Shown: positions 22,121 through 32,034, counted from the first letter of the stretch. The stretch: DNA of 64,000 nucleotides from an uncultured delta proteobacterium (GCA_963842085.1 CAWJET010000001.1:1952001-2016000), one strand, 5' to 3'. Made by a program: numbers and translations. The notes: generated by a model not told the origin, from the letters alone.

Positions 22121-23989
22121 TCACCCCTGCCGGGCGCGCCGGCTCTTGATATGGACCGCAAGGATCGAGATTGCCGCCGGCGTGATTCCCGGCATCCGGG
22201 CCGCCTGCCCGAGCGAACGCGGTCGCACGGCTGACAGGCGCTCAGACACTTCGGTCGAAAGACCCATCACGCCCTTGAAATCCACCCAGCCCGGTATCGT
22301 CGTGTCCTCGAGGCGCGCGAACCGCTCGACCGCCTCCGCTTGCCGGCGAACGTAGCCCTCGTACTTGACCTCGGTCTCGAGCTCGGCGGCTTCGTCGAGG
22401 TTCAGCTCGGGATCGACGCCGCTCATCTTCAGCAAGGCGTCGTTGCCGATTTCGGGACGCTTGAGCAGCTCGATCGCGCGCACCGGCTGCGCGATCGGCG
22501 TCGAGCCGGACGCCGCAAGCAGCGCGTTGACCTCGTCGGACGCCGGTATCAGCGCCGATTTGAGCCGCTCGATCTCGCGGCGTACCGCCTCGGTCTTGGC
22601 GCGAACGCGCGCGCCCGCCGACGCGTCGAGCAATCCCAGCCGCTCGCCAATCGGCGACAGCCGGCGGTCCGCATTATCCTCGCGCAGCAGCAGCCGGTAC
22701 TCGGCGCGCGAGGTGAACATCCGGTACGGCTCGCCGCCGATCCCGCGGGTCACCAGGTCGTCGATCATCACGCCGATGTAGGCCTGGTCGCGGCGCAGGA
22801 TTAGCGACGGCTCGCCGCGGACCGTGAGCGCGGCGTTGATTCCCGCGAGCAGACCCTGCGCGCCCGCCTCTTCATAGCCGGTAGTGCCGTTGATTTGCCC
22901 GGCGAAGAACAGGCCGCGCACCAGCTTGGTCTCGAGCGACGGCGTCAACTGCGTCGGGTCCGAGAAGTCGTACTCGATCGCGTAGCCGGGACGCATGATT
23001 TCCGCCTGCTCGAGCCCGGCGATCGAACGCACCATCGCGAGCTGGACATCGAGCGGCAGGCTGGTGGACAGGCCGTTAGGATAAACCTCGACCGTGTCGC
23101 GGCCTTCGGGCTCGAGGAAAATCTGGTGGCGCTCCTTGTCCCGAAAGCGCATCACCTTGTCCTCGACCGACGGGCAATAGCGCGGCCCCTTGCTCCGGAT
23201 CACGCCGGAGTACATTGGGGAGCGGTCGATACCGCCGCGAATTATCTCGTGGGTGCGCGAGTTGGTGAACGTCAGGTGGCAGGGAATCTGCGCCTGCGTG
23301 ATGCGTTCGGTGCGGAACGAGAACGGCGGCGGCGGCTCGTCGCCCGGCTGGAGCTCGAGCGCGGAGTAGTCGATCGTGCGAGCGTCGAGGCGCGGACAGG
23401 TCCCGGTCTTGAGGCGGCCGATATGGAAGCCCAGTTGCGCGAGATGATCGCTGAGACCCATCGCGGCGAAGTCGCCGGCGCGGCCCGCGGAATAATTCTG
23501 CAAGCCGATATGGACGAGGCCTTTCAGGAACGTGCCGGTAGTGAGGATGACGGCGGGCGCCTCGAACACCTCGCCAATCTGCGACTCGACGCCGCGCACC
23601 GCGCCGTCGGCGACGAGCAGGCGCTCGACGCTCGCCTGCCGCACCTGCAGGTTGGCGGTGCGCTCGAGCACGCGCTTGCTGCGCGCGCGATAGGCGGCCT
23701 TGTCGGCCTGCGCGCGGCGGGCGCGAACGGCGGGGCCCTTGCGCGTGTTTAGAAACCGGAACTGGATGCCGGTCTCGTCGGCCGCCAGGCCCATCTCGCC
23801 GCCGAGCGCGTCGATCTCGCGGACCAGGTGGCCCTTGCCGATGCCGCCGATCGCCGGGTTGCACGACATCTGGCCGATATGGTCGAGGTTGAGCGTGAGC
23901 ATCAGGGTGCTCGCGCCCATCCGGGCGGCGGCGAGCGCGGCCTCGATGCCGGCATGGCCGGCGCCGACGATGATGACGTCGTAGGTCAT
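22121..23989 (-). CDS. mnmG: tRNA uridine 5-carboxymethylaminomethyl modification enzyme
   Basis: 'GAGHAG', 'MSCNPAIGGIGKG', 'GPRYCPSVEDK', 'AGQINGTTGYEEA', 'EPYRMFTSRAEYRL'. Confidence 0.98.
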   Translation of the reverse strand: MTYDVIIVGAGHAGIEAALAAARMGASTLMLTLNLDHIGQMSCNPAIGGIGKGHLVREIDALGGEMGLAADETGIQFRFLNTRKGPAVRARRAQADKAAYRARSKRVLERTANLQVRQASVERLLVADGAVRGVESQIGEVFEAPAVILTTGTFLKGLVHIGLQNYSAGRAGDFAAMGLSDHLAQLGFHIGRLKTGTCPRLDARTIDYSALELQPGDEPPPPFSFRTERITQAQIPCHLTFTNSRTHEIIRGGIDRSPMYSGVIRSKGPRYCPSVEDKVMRFRDKERHQIFLEPEGRDTVEVYPNGLSTSLPLDVQLAMVRSIAGLEQAEIMRPGYAIEYDFSDPTQLTPSLETKLVRGLFFAGQINGTTGYEEAGAQGLLAGINAALTVRGEPSLILRRDQAYIGVMIDDLVTRGIGGEPYRMFTSRAEYRLLLREDNADRRLSPIGERLGLLDASAGARVRAKTEAVRREIERLKSALIPASDEVNALLAASGSTPIAQPVRAIELLKRPEIGNDALLKMSGVDPELNLDEAAELETEVKYEGYVRRQAEAVERFARLEDTTIPGWVDFKGVMGLSTEVSERLSAVRPRSLGQAARMPGITPAAISILAVHIKSRRARQG

Positions 23990-24130
23990 GGCGAGCAGCG
24001 ATTATGGCCCGCGCGGGCGAATCGCGCAAAGGGCGGAGCGCGCGCCGCCGGCGATGTCTATAAGTAGGCTTATACTACATATGGTAGAGAATATGTTGCA
24101 TCGCGGCGATTATTAACTATAGTTAAGTAC

Positions 24131-24889
24131 ATGGCCATCACCCAGAGCTGGGACCCCGACGCCTACGCGCGCAACGCCCGCTTCGTCTCCGAGCTCGGCG
24201 CGCCGGTCGTCGAACTGCTGGCGCCGCGCGCCGGCGAGCGAATCCTCGACCTCGGATGCGGCGACGGCGCGCTCACGCTGAAGCTTGCCGAGGCGGGCTG
24301 CGAGGTCGTCGGCGTGGACTCGAGCGCGCCCCAGGTCGAGGCGGCGCGCCGCCGCGGACTGGACGCGCGCGTCGCCGGCGGCGAGCGGCTGGCCTTCGAC
24401 GCCGAGTTCGACGCCGTGTTCAGCAACGCCGCAATCCACTGGATGAAGCCGGCCGACGACGTGATCGCCGGCGTCTGGCGCGCGCTGCGGCCCGGCGGCC
24501 GTTTCGTCGGGGAGTTCGGCGGCCACGGCTGCGTCGCGACGATCAAGCGCGCGCTGATCGAGGCGCTTGGGCGCCGCGGTATCGACGGCGACGCGCTCAA
24601 CCCGTGGTACTTCCCGACCGTCGAGGATTATTCGGCGCGGCTCGCGCTGCGCGGATTCGCCGTCAGGTACATCGCATTGATTCCGCGCCCCACGCCGCTG
24701 CCCACTGAAATCAACGGATGGCTGGAGACGTTTGCGCAGAGCTTCATGGCGCCGCTGGCGGACAATGAGCGCGCAGGTTTTATCGACGAGGTGCGCGAGG
24801 CGCTGCGGCCAGAACTCTGCGACGGCGGCGGCAACTGGTTCGCCGATTACGTTCGGCTGCGTTTTGCCGCCGACAAGCCGGCTGCCTGA
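24131..24889 (+). CDS. Class I SAM-dependent methyltransferase (Tam-like)
   Basis: 'ILDLGCGDG', 'FDAVFSNAAIHW', 'ADYVRLRF'. Confidence 0.88.
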   Translation: MAITQSWDPDAYARNARFVSELGAPVVELLAPRAGERILDLGCGDGALTLKLAEAGCEVVGVDSSAPQVEAARRRGLDARVAGGERLAFDAEFDAVFSNAAIHWMKPADDVIAGVWRALRPGGRFVGEFGGHGCVATIKRALIEALGRRGIDGDALNPWYFPTVEDYSARLALRGFAVRYIALIPRPTPLPTEINGWLETFAQSFMAPLADNERAGFIDEVREALRPELCDGGGNWFADYVRLRFAADKPAA

Positions 24890-24940
24890 CACCGTGGGCG
24901 ATTGAGTTCGTACGCGTCCGGCGGCAGTATTCCGTGCGAG

Positions 24941-25684
24941 ATGAACATCTTTCGCGAATTGACCGAGGGCCTGCCGCGGCAGGCGCCCGGCTCCGCAGCG
25001 GCAACGCTGCGCGCGCTGGGCCTGGTGCGCAAGCTGCCGCCGCACCCGCGGATTCTGGATGTCGGATGCGGTCCCGGCGCGCAGACCATCGAGCTTGCGC
25101 GCGCCACCCACGGCTGGCTCGTGGCGGTCGATATCCGCCAGCGATTTCTCGACGAACTGACCGAACGCGCCGGTGCGGCGGGAGTGCTGCCTCAGGTGAC
25201 GACGATCAACACCTCGATGTTCGACATGGATTTCGCCGACGCGTCGTTCGACCTGGTGTGGTCCGAGGGCGCCATCTACATTCAGGGATTTGCCGCCGGC
25301 CTTCGCGCGTGGGGGCGGTTCCTGAAGCCGGGCGGATGGATCGCGGTCTCCGAGCTGACGTGGCTGGTGCCCGATCCGCCGGCCGAAGCCGCCGCATACT
25401 GGGCGCGCAGCTATCCCGGCATGGGATCGATCGAGCGCAACTGCGAGATCATTGCGGAAGCGGGATACGTGAGCATGGATGGGTTCGTGCTTCCGGTGGC
25501 GGATTGGTGGAACAACTACTACGGGCCGGCCGAGCGGCGGGTCGAGGAGCTGAGAGAAAAGTACGCCGGCGACGGCGAGGTGCTCGCGAGCCTCGACGAG
25601 GCGCAGCGCGAGCACGATCTGTTCCGCGCATATCACGACGCCTACGGCTACGTCTTTTACGTGATGCGCAAGCCCGCCGCGTAA
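24941..25684 (+). CDS. Class I SAM-dependent methyltransferase
   Basis: 'RQAPGS', 'ILDVGCGPG', 'FDLVWSEGAIY', 'YGYVFYV'; start uncertain (24902 or 24941). Confidence 0.87.
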   Translation: MNIFRELTEGLPRQAPGSAAATLRALGLVRKLPPHPRILDVGCGPGAQTIELARATHGWLVAVDIRQRFLDELTERAGAAGVLPQVTTINTSMFDMDFADASFDLVWSEGAIYIQGFAAGLRAWGRFLKPGGWIAVSELTWLVPDPPAEAAAYWARSYPGMGSIERNCEIIAEAGYVSMDGFVLPVADWWNNYYGPAERRVEELREKYAGDGEVLASLDEAQREHDLFRAYHDAYGYVFYVMRKPAA

Positions 25685-26022
25685 TTTGCTGCAATGTTTG
25701 CGGTAAGCAGGGCAGGAAGCTAGCATCCCTTTCGCGCCAGCTACGCGGGCTTGCGTCCCGCAGCGATCGGTCGCGGAACCACAGTTTCGCAGGGGGAGAA
25801 AATCGATGGTTGCGATTACTCGTTACGACGGTAAGCGGCCCATTCTGAGTGCCGTGTTTGCGATTGCGTTGCTTGCGGCGATCGCTGAGGGCACGGTCTC
25901 CGCAAAAATTCACGCAAGGTAGCCCGCCGCCTGACTCACTCTCCGCGGTTGTTTCCCTTCCCTCTGCGGGAAGAGCCGGCCGTGAGCGAAGTCGAAGGGA
26001 GTTAGCTAAACCTCAATAACGA

Positions 26023-26865
26023 GTGAAGAACATGGCGACAGGCACTTCCACCGGCAACGATGCGATGGCTTTCCCGCACGCGGCGCGTCGCGTCGCGACG
26101 CCCGTCGAATCGTCGCAAGACCGCGTTGCGAGTTCCGCGCCCCTCGAGCGCGAGCGTTTGTTCTACGTGATCGCCTCGTTAGCGATGCTCGTCATCACTG
26201 CGATCGGCTTCAGGCAGTTCCTTCTCCACGGAAGGTCAATCGGCGGCGAGCCGATGACCCCGCAAATCGTGGGCCTCATTGTCATTCATGGGTCCGCGAT
26301 GCTCGGATGGGTATTGCTTCTTTTCGTCCAGAGCCTGCTGATCCTCAGTGGACGCCCGAGCCTCCACGTGATGCTCGGCCGCGTGGGCGCGGTGCTTGCG
26401 GCCGCGATCGTGATCCTGGGCCCGATAGTGGCGCCGCTGTCCGCGCATTTCAATCCCAACATCTACATCCCATTCGGAGGCGCGAGATTTTTCATGGCGC
26501 TTGCCGTTGCCGGCCCTATCATGTTCGGCGTGCTTGCCGCCATCGGCCTTGCCAATCGCCATCGGCCCGAGGTCCATCGCCCGATGATGCTGCTGGCGAC
26601 GCTCGCGATAATGACCGGGGCGATCGACCGAGCGCCCCACATGCCGTGGGTCATCGGCCTCGTCCGCGGCAACGTTCCGCTGTTTCATTGGGGCCAGGTA
26701 TTGTTACTCGGCGCGATCCTGTTCGCCCTGCACGCCGTGATGACCCGCCGCCCCAGTCGATACTACGTGATGGGCTACGCCGGCCTGGCGGTCGTGTGCC
26801 TTCTCGCCACCGTCGTCGCCCGCAGCGCCGCATGGGATCAACTCGCAAGCCTGGTAGTTCGGTGA
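26023..26865 (+). CDS. Hypothetical multi-pass membrane protein
   Basis: About seven hydrophobic segments and His-containing motifs 'IHG', 'LHVMLG', 'HRPMMLLAT'. Confidence 0.7.
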   Translation: MKNMATGTSTGNDAMAFPHAARRVATPVESSQDRVASSAPLERERLFYVIASLAMLVITAIGFRQFLLHGRSIGGEPMTPQIVGLIVIHGSAMLGWVLLLFVQSLLILSGRPSLHVMLGRVGAVLAAAIVILGPIVAPLSAHFNPNIYIPFGGARFFMALAVAGPIMFGVLAAIGLANRHRPEVHRPMMLLATLAIMTGAIDRAPHMPWVIGLVRGNVPLFHWGQVLLLGAILFALHAVMTRRPSRYYVMGYAGLAVVCLLATVVARSAAWDQLASLVVR

Positions 26866-27095
26866 ACAACGCTGCTTCAATTTTGATTATTTGATCTCTA
26901 ATACTTCCTTGGTTATGATTCGTCCACGGGCGAACCAGGCCGGTCCGGTTACGCTCTACGCCGAACCATCGAAATAGGAATTTCATAGTTAGGGGTTAGA
27001 TCGCCCGGATCAATCGCGGCTGCTTGCTCGCTTTCATTTCTTGCCGATCTGGGTTACCTGTTGCGGTACAAATCATTAGACCTGCGAGGAACGAA

Positions 27096-28286
27096 ATGGA
27101 CTTTTCGCTGACCCCAAAAACCGAACAGTTGCGCAAACGCGTCTCCGACTTCATGGACCAGTACGTCTTCCCGATCGAAAAAGAAGTTGGGCGCGCGATG
27201 GGCGAGAGCGGCAATACCGAGCCGCAATCGCTCAAAGACGTCCGCAAGAAAGCCAAGGCCGAGGGGCTGTGGAACCTCTTTTTGCCGGACGAGAAATTCG
27301 GCGCCGGACTCAAGAACTACGAGTATGCGCCGCTGTGCGAGTTGATGGGCCGCAGCCCGATCGGCGCGCGCGCGTTCAACTGCATGGCGCCCGACACCGG
27401 CAACATGGAAATTCTGACCGAGTTCGGCACGCCCGAGCAGAAAAAGAAGTGGCTGCAGCCGTGCCTCGACGGCGAGATGCGCACCTGCTTCTCGATGACC
27501 GAGCCTGACACTCCGGGCTCCGACCCGACCCAGCTCAAGACCCGCGCGGTGCGCGACGGCGACAACTACGTGATCAACGGCCACAAGTGGTTCACGTCGA
27601 ATGCGATCGGCTCGAGCTTCGCGATCGCGATGGTGGTGACCGACCCCGACGCGGAGCCGCATCGCCGCGCCAGCCAGATAATCGTTCCGACCGACACTCC
27701 GGGATTCAACCTGATTCGGCCGGTGCCGGTGATGGGCCACACCGGCGGCGGCGGGCATTGCGAGATAATCTACAAGGACTGCCGCGTGCCGGTGACCAAC
27801 CTGCTGGGCGAGGAAGGCGGCGGCTTCGCGATCTCGCAGGCGCGGCTGGGCCCGGGGCGCATCCACCACTGCATGCGAACTATCGGGGTAGCAGAACGCG
27901 CGCTCGAACTGATGTGCAAGCGGGCGAACACGCGCTTCACGCACGGCAGCTACCTGGCTGAAAAGTCGAACATCCAGGAGTGGATCGCCAACTCGCGCAT
28001 CGAGATCGACTCGTGCCGCCTGATGGTGATGCACGCGGCGTGGAAGATGGACACCGCGGGCAAGAGCGCCGCGCGCAACGAGATCGCGATGATCAAGGTG
28101 ATGTGCGCGAACATGGTGATGATCGTGCTCGATCGCGCGATCCAGGTGTTCGGCGCGGCGGGCGTCAGCGACGACTTCCCGATCGCGCGGATGTGGCGCG
28201 ACAGCCGCTCGCTCAGAATCGCCGACGGCCCCGACGAAGTGCATCGCATGGTTATCGCGCGCCGAGAACTGCGCAAATACAAATAG
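27096..28286 (+). CDS. Acyl-CoA dehydrogenase (ACAD10/11-like)
   Basis: 'FNCMAPDTGNME', 'FSMTEP', 'QARLGPGRIHHCMR', 'RIADGPDEVH'. Confidence 0.94.
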   Translation: MDFSLTPKTEQLRKRVSDFMDQYVFPIEKEVGRAMGESGNTEPQSLKDVRKKAKAEGLWNLFLPDEKFGAGLKNYEYAPLCELMGRSPIGARAFNCMAPDTGNMEILTEFGTPEQKKKWLQPCLDGEMRTCFSMTEPDTPGSDPTQLKTRAVRDGDNYVINGHKWFTSNAIGSSFAIAMVVTDPDAEPHRRASQIIVPTDTPGFNLIRPVPVMGHTGGGGHCEIIYKDCRVPVTNLLGEEGGGFAISQARLGPGRIHHCMRTIGVAERALELMCKRANTRFTHGSYLAEKSNIQEWIANSRIEIDSCRLMVMHAAWKMDTAGKSAARNEIAMIKVMCANMVMIVLDRAIQVFGAAGVSDDFPIARMWRDSRSLRIADGPDEVHRMVIARRELRKYK

Positions 28287-28308
28287 CGCCGACGGTTTCG
28301 CATCGCGC

Positions 28309-29403
28309 ATGGCTGAAGCGGTAGAAATCGTCCCTGAATTCGGCGACGTCCGCGACGAGGAGCAGCTCGACTGGGGCAAGCTGGCGGCGTACCTGCGCGG
28401 CAGGCTTCCCGGCGCCGACGCGCCCATGACGATCAAGCAGTTTCGCGGCGGCTCCTCGAATCTCACCTACCTGCTGCGCTTCGGCGAACGGGAATGGGTG
28501 ATGCGCCGGCCGCCGTTCGGCCCGCTGCCGGTCGGCGGGCATGACATGGGCCGCGAATACCGCGTGCTCTCGCGGCTGTGGGAGGTGTTCAAGCCGGCGC
28601 CGCGCGGGATGCTCTACAGCGACGACGCGTCGATCGTCGGTGCGCCGTTTTTCGTGATGGAACGCCGCAACGGCATCGTAATCAAGAACCGGCAGCCGCT
28701 GCCGGCCGAACTCGGCAACGATCCGGCGACGTTTCGCGCGATGTCGCAGGGATTCATCGACACGCTGGCCGATCTGCACGGCGTCGATTACACGGCGATC
28801 GGACTCGCGTCGCTCGGCAAGCCCGACGGATTCCTGAAACGCCAGATCACCGGATGGATGGCGCGATGGGAGAAGGCGAAGACGCGCGAAGTGCCGCTGA
28901 TGGAGAAACTCGGCGCGTGGTTTCTCGACAACATGCCGGTGTCGCCGCCGCCGGTGCTCGTGCACAACGACTTCTACCTGCACAACATCATGGTCGGCGC
29001 GGTGAATCACGGCGAGATAGTGGGAGTGTTCGACTGGGAGATGTCGACGATTGGCGACCCGCTGGTGGATCTCGGCATCGTCTTGAACTACTGGCGCGAC
29101 AGGAATGACCCGCCCGAACTGCTCGGGACCTCGCAGGGCGAGGCGCATACGCTGCGGCCCGGGTTCATGAGCCGCGACGAATTGCTGCATCGCTATGCGA
29201 GCCGCACCGGCCGCGACGTTAGCGGTATCGCGTTCTACTGGGCATGGGCGCACTGGAAGACGGCGACGGTGGTCGAGCAGATCTACGTGCGCTACGTGCG
29301 CGGGCAGACGACGGATCCGCGGTTCGCGCTGATGGGCCCGATGGCGCCGGCGCTGGCGCTGGCGGCAGCGCAGGTCGCGTCGCGGCTGGGCTTCAAGGGC
29401 TAG
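28309..29403 (+). CDS. Aminoglycoside-phosphotransferase-family kinase (ACAD10 N-terminal type)
   Basis: 'GGSSNLTY', 'HDMGREY', 'VHNDF..HN', 'FDWEM', 'GDPLVDLG'. Confidence 0.9.
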   Translation: MAEAVEIVPEFGDVRDEEQLDWGKLAAYLRGRLPGADAPMTIKQFRGGSSNLTYLLRFGEREWVMRRPPFGPLPVGGHDMGREYRVLSRLWEVFKPAPRGMLYSDDASIVGAPFFVMERRNGIVIKNRQPLPAELGNDPATFRAMSQGFIDTLADLHGVDYTAIGLASLGKPDGFLKRQITGWMARWEKAKTREVPLMEKLGAWFLDNMPVSPPPVLVHNDFYLHNIMVGAVNHGEIVGVFDWEMSTIGDPLVDLGIVLNYWRDRNDPPELLGTSQGEAHTLRPGFMSRDELLHRYASRTGRDVSGIAFYWAWAHWKTATVVEQIYVRYVRGQTTDPRFALMGPMAPALALAAAQVASRLGFKG

Positions 29404-29405
29404 CG
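29319..29405 (+). repeat. 87-bp direct repeat, copy 1 (3' end of the phosphotransferase gene)
   Basis: Matches 30267-30353 with one mismatch. Confidence 0.92.
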
Positions 29406-29517
29406 AGTCTCTGCATCGCTGACGCCGAACGCGGGGAGCAGCCGATCTTATTTTTGCGTCTTACTCTTCCATCATCCTGAGCGCAGCGAAGGATCTCGCG
29501 CGCCAGCGCCGTTTCCG

Positions 29518-29850
29518 CTATGCCGCCCGTCGCGGCTTTGGCATGGCGATATAGGAAGCAACTTCTTTTCTGCTAGCGCCCATTCGCAGAAGTGATCGCA
29601 CCATCAGATCAATACTGACCGAAGGATCGGCGGCCTCCATTTTAGCTACCCTGGACTGGCTCGAACCCAGCAGGCGACCTAGCTGCGCTTGAGTCATTCG
29701 GCGGCGGTTTCTTTGCTTTCTTACCGCGCCGGCAAGTCCGAGCTTGACCTCAACCAGCGCGCTTTCCTCATCGCTGAGCCCAAGAAAGTCCGTGGTGCTT
29801 CCGACTTTCCATCCCGCGTCTTCCAATCGCCGTCTTTTACGCTTCTGCAT
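29518..29850 (-). CDS. XRE/HTH antitoxin (HigA-like)
   Basis: 'MTQAQLGRLLGSSQSRVAKME' HTH; follows a RelE-type toxin. Confidence 0.88.
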   Translation of the reverse strand: MQKRKRRRLEDAGWKVGSTTDFLGLSDEESALVEVKLGLAGAVRKQRNRRRMTQAQLGRLLGSSQSRVAKMEAADPSVSIDLMVRSLLRMGASRKEVASYIAMPKPRRAA

Positions 29851-29860
29851 CGCTCATTCC

Positions 29861-30211
29861 CTAGCCGGCCAGTTCGTCATACCGCCGCAAACGTGACCGG
29901 CATCGATCGATCACGTCACCCGGCGTTCGACGAGTCTTCTTGCTGAACACATCAACTATCACGATGGCATCTGGATCAGTCCGGTACACTATCCGCCACG
30001 TATCGTCTCGGTCGACGACCCTCAGTTCGTGACACCGAGTTCCGATCGCAGCCATCGGCCGCGAATGCGGCAAGGAAAGACTCTCGCCCTGTTGCAAACG
30101 CCGCAGAAGTACCCCGGTCTCGATTCGGCCTTCCCGTGAAAATGGCGGTGTCTTGATCTCGCCATGCAGCCAGACCAAGGGTTTGTCTCCGGCCCTGGTC
30201 ACTGAGCGCAT
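29861..30211 (-). CDS. RelE/ParE-family toxin (Gp49/HigB-like)
   Basis: 'KTPPFS', 'LPHSRPM', 'HELRV', 'WRIVYR', 'VFSKKTRRTP'; toxin-first gene order. Confidence 0.88.
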   Translation of the reverse strand: MRSVTRAGDKPLVWLHGEIKTPPFSREGRIETGVLLRRLQQGESLSLPHSRPMAAIGTRCHELRVVDRDDTWRIVYRTDPDAIVIVDVFSKKTRRTPGDVIDRCRSRLRRYDELAG

Positions 30212-30214
30212 CTT

Positions 30215-30230
30215 ATGTCAGATTTGACAT
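30215..30230. promoter_or_regulatory. Probable toxin-antitoxin autoregulatory operator
   Basis: Inverted repeat ATGTCA-N4-TGACAT a few bases upstream of the toxin start. Confidence 0.6.
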
Positions 30231-30266
30231 CGAGCGCAAGCGCGGAATTACTTTCTGTGATTGCAT

Positions 30267-30353
30267 GCGGTTCGCGCTGATGGGCCCGATGGCGCCGGCG
30301 CTGGCGCTGGCGGCGGCGCAGGTCGCGTCGCGGCTGGGCTTCAAGGGCTAGCG
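30267..30353 (+). repeat. 87-bp direct repeat, copy 2
   Basis: Re-copy of 29319-29405 including the stop codon. Confidence 0.92.
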
Positions 30354-30686
30354 CTTTTCGCTCTTTCACTTTGCCAAAGCCATCATCGTTCTCCTGATGC
30401 GCGCGACGTTGCAAAGCATTGCGCGAGATTTCGCGGGGAGCTTGGCATCTCGCGATTTTCGGTCGAGCGATAATTCCCGCAATCGCCACGGTCTCAGTGG
30501 TGGCCCGCGTCTTGCGTGGTACCGCAGTGATGACCTGAATGGCCATCTCTCCGCGCCGAAGGTCACACTTATTGCGAGTATTTTTCACGCCTGGGAGGAC
30601 GGAAGAACGTTAAAGCTCGGGGCTGGCTGAGCAAGGACTCGTGTGTCGAATTGTCACAACTTTGGAATCTAATCAGGACACCGCAT

Positions 30687-32024
30687 ATGAGATTAAATCG
30701 ATTCGCAACAGTCGCCGCGCTCGCCTTGACGAGCGCGTTGGTTTCCACGGCAGTGCCCGCGGGGGCCCAAGTGAAACCGGGAGATTTTATCACTCCCGCC
30801 AATGCGGCAAAGGTCGAAGGGTTGGTCAGTCCCGGGAACCTTTTGCTGGTCAAGCAGGGCATGACGATGAAAATAATTCCGACTGGCCACCTTGACTGGC
30901 CGCCGCCCTACAAGGAGGCGACCGAACGATATTCGCCGCAGGTATCACTCGGCGCGGACGGCGAGCTGAAGAATTACGTTGCCGGCCTGCCGTTCCCGCT
31001 GGTCGATGCCAACGACCCGCAGGCCGCGACCAAGATCATGTGGAACTTCGCCTTCCGGCCGCTTTACACCGACGACCTCGATGAGCGTGGTGTCGAAGTC
31101 GTGAGTCATCGCGCAGGCTCGGCAAATGAAGTCGAGCATTTCTTGTTCGGCCACCTTGGCTTGTACAACTCTGTCGGCCGCACCGAGGTCGCGCCGACGC
31201 CGATGGATCCCGACGTTATGAAAACCGGCATCGCCTCTCGTTCCGGAGTTTTTCCGATCCTCGAGCCTGCCGAGATGCGCGGTGCTGGAATAGTCAGACA
31301 GCGCTACGCTATTCCGGGGTTCGAAGACGCGGTGTGGGAATACAGCTCTGAGACCCGCAGGCTGAGGCGGCTGCCGACCACGGAACTCGCGGATGGGTTT
31401 GGAGTTCCCAGTGGCGGCTCATCCGGCCCGAGGGGCGGAGGTGCGGGAGGCGCTACGACCTATGCCTCCACGTGGGATCCCGATTCCGCGTTCGGGTTCG
31501 CCGCAAGAATCCAAGACTTCAGCTACCGGCTGCTAGGCGAGCGCTCGATGCTCGCGTCGGTGGAGGCCGCGAATTCTCCCGCCCAGCCCTGCGCCGGCGA
31601 CGGCGGCCGCACAGTGTGCCCGGAGAATTGGGAAATGCGCCGGCTTTATGTGATTGAGGCGACGGCGAAGCCTCGCTCTCTTCTGGGCGCCAACGTGATT
31701 ACTCCGAAGCGTATTCTCTACGTCGACTCGGAAGGCTGGTTTATCACCGCCTCCGATCAATTTAGCGAGCAGGGCCAGCTCTGGAAGACGATCGTGATTT
31801 ACCATGCATATCGCGACCGGCCGGTGCCGGACGCCAGGGTCGCGATCTGGCCGTTCGAACGCATGTTCGAGACTGCGCTGGTTGATGAAGATCTGAGCAG
31901 CGGTTTCTCGACCGTGGTTTATTCACCGGGACACGAAAGTCATGACGACAGCTTGTACATCAATATGGGCGCGGTCGACCGGACCTTCTTCACGCCCGAG
32001 AGAATGGTCCAGGCCGGCCACTGA
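30687..32024 (+). CDS. DUF1329-family exported protein
   Basis: Signal peptide, 'AQVKPGDFITP', 'GLPFP', 'RRLRR', 'WEMR', 'GQLWKT'; paralogue of 55062-56378. Confidence 0.8.
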   Translation: MRLNRFATVAALALTSALVSTAVPAGAQVKPGDFITPANAAKVEGLVSPGNLLLVKQGMTMKIIPTGHLDWPPPYKEATERYSPQVSLGADGELKNYVAGLPFPLVDANDPQAATKIMWNFAFRPLYTDDLDERGVEVVSHRAGSANEVEHFLFGHLGLYNSVGRTEVAPTPMDPDVMKTGIASRSGVFPILEPAEMRGAGIVRQRYAIPGFEDAVWEYSSETRRLRRLPTTELADGFGVPSGGSSGPRGGGAGGATTYASTWDPDSAFGFAARIQDFSYRLLGERSMLASVEAANSPAQPCAGDGGRTVCPENWEMRRLYVIEATAKPRSLLGANVITPKRILYVDSEGWFITASDQFSEQGQLWKTIVIYHAYRDRPVPDARVAIWPFERMFETALVDEDLSSGFSTVVYSPGHESHDDSLYINMGAVDRTFFTPERMVQAGH

Positions 32025-32034
32025 AAGGCAATTC

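Noticed and set aside
24055-24130. AT-rich stretch upstream of mnmG as oriC
   Set aside because: It is short and I found no DnaA boxes; a promoter/operator explains it better.
25685-25920. GGGACGCAAGCC on the minus strand, resembling a c-di-GMP-I riboswitch
   Set aside because: The upstream GGCAAAC/GAAA-loop stem is absent, and the motif faces the 3' end of a convergent gene.
26866-27095. AT-rich intergenic region with a CGGGCGA/TCGCCCG pairing, as a possible ncRNA
   Set aside because: A single 7-bp GC-rich pairing is expected by chance, and there is no other support.
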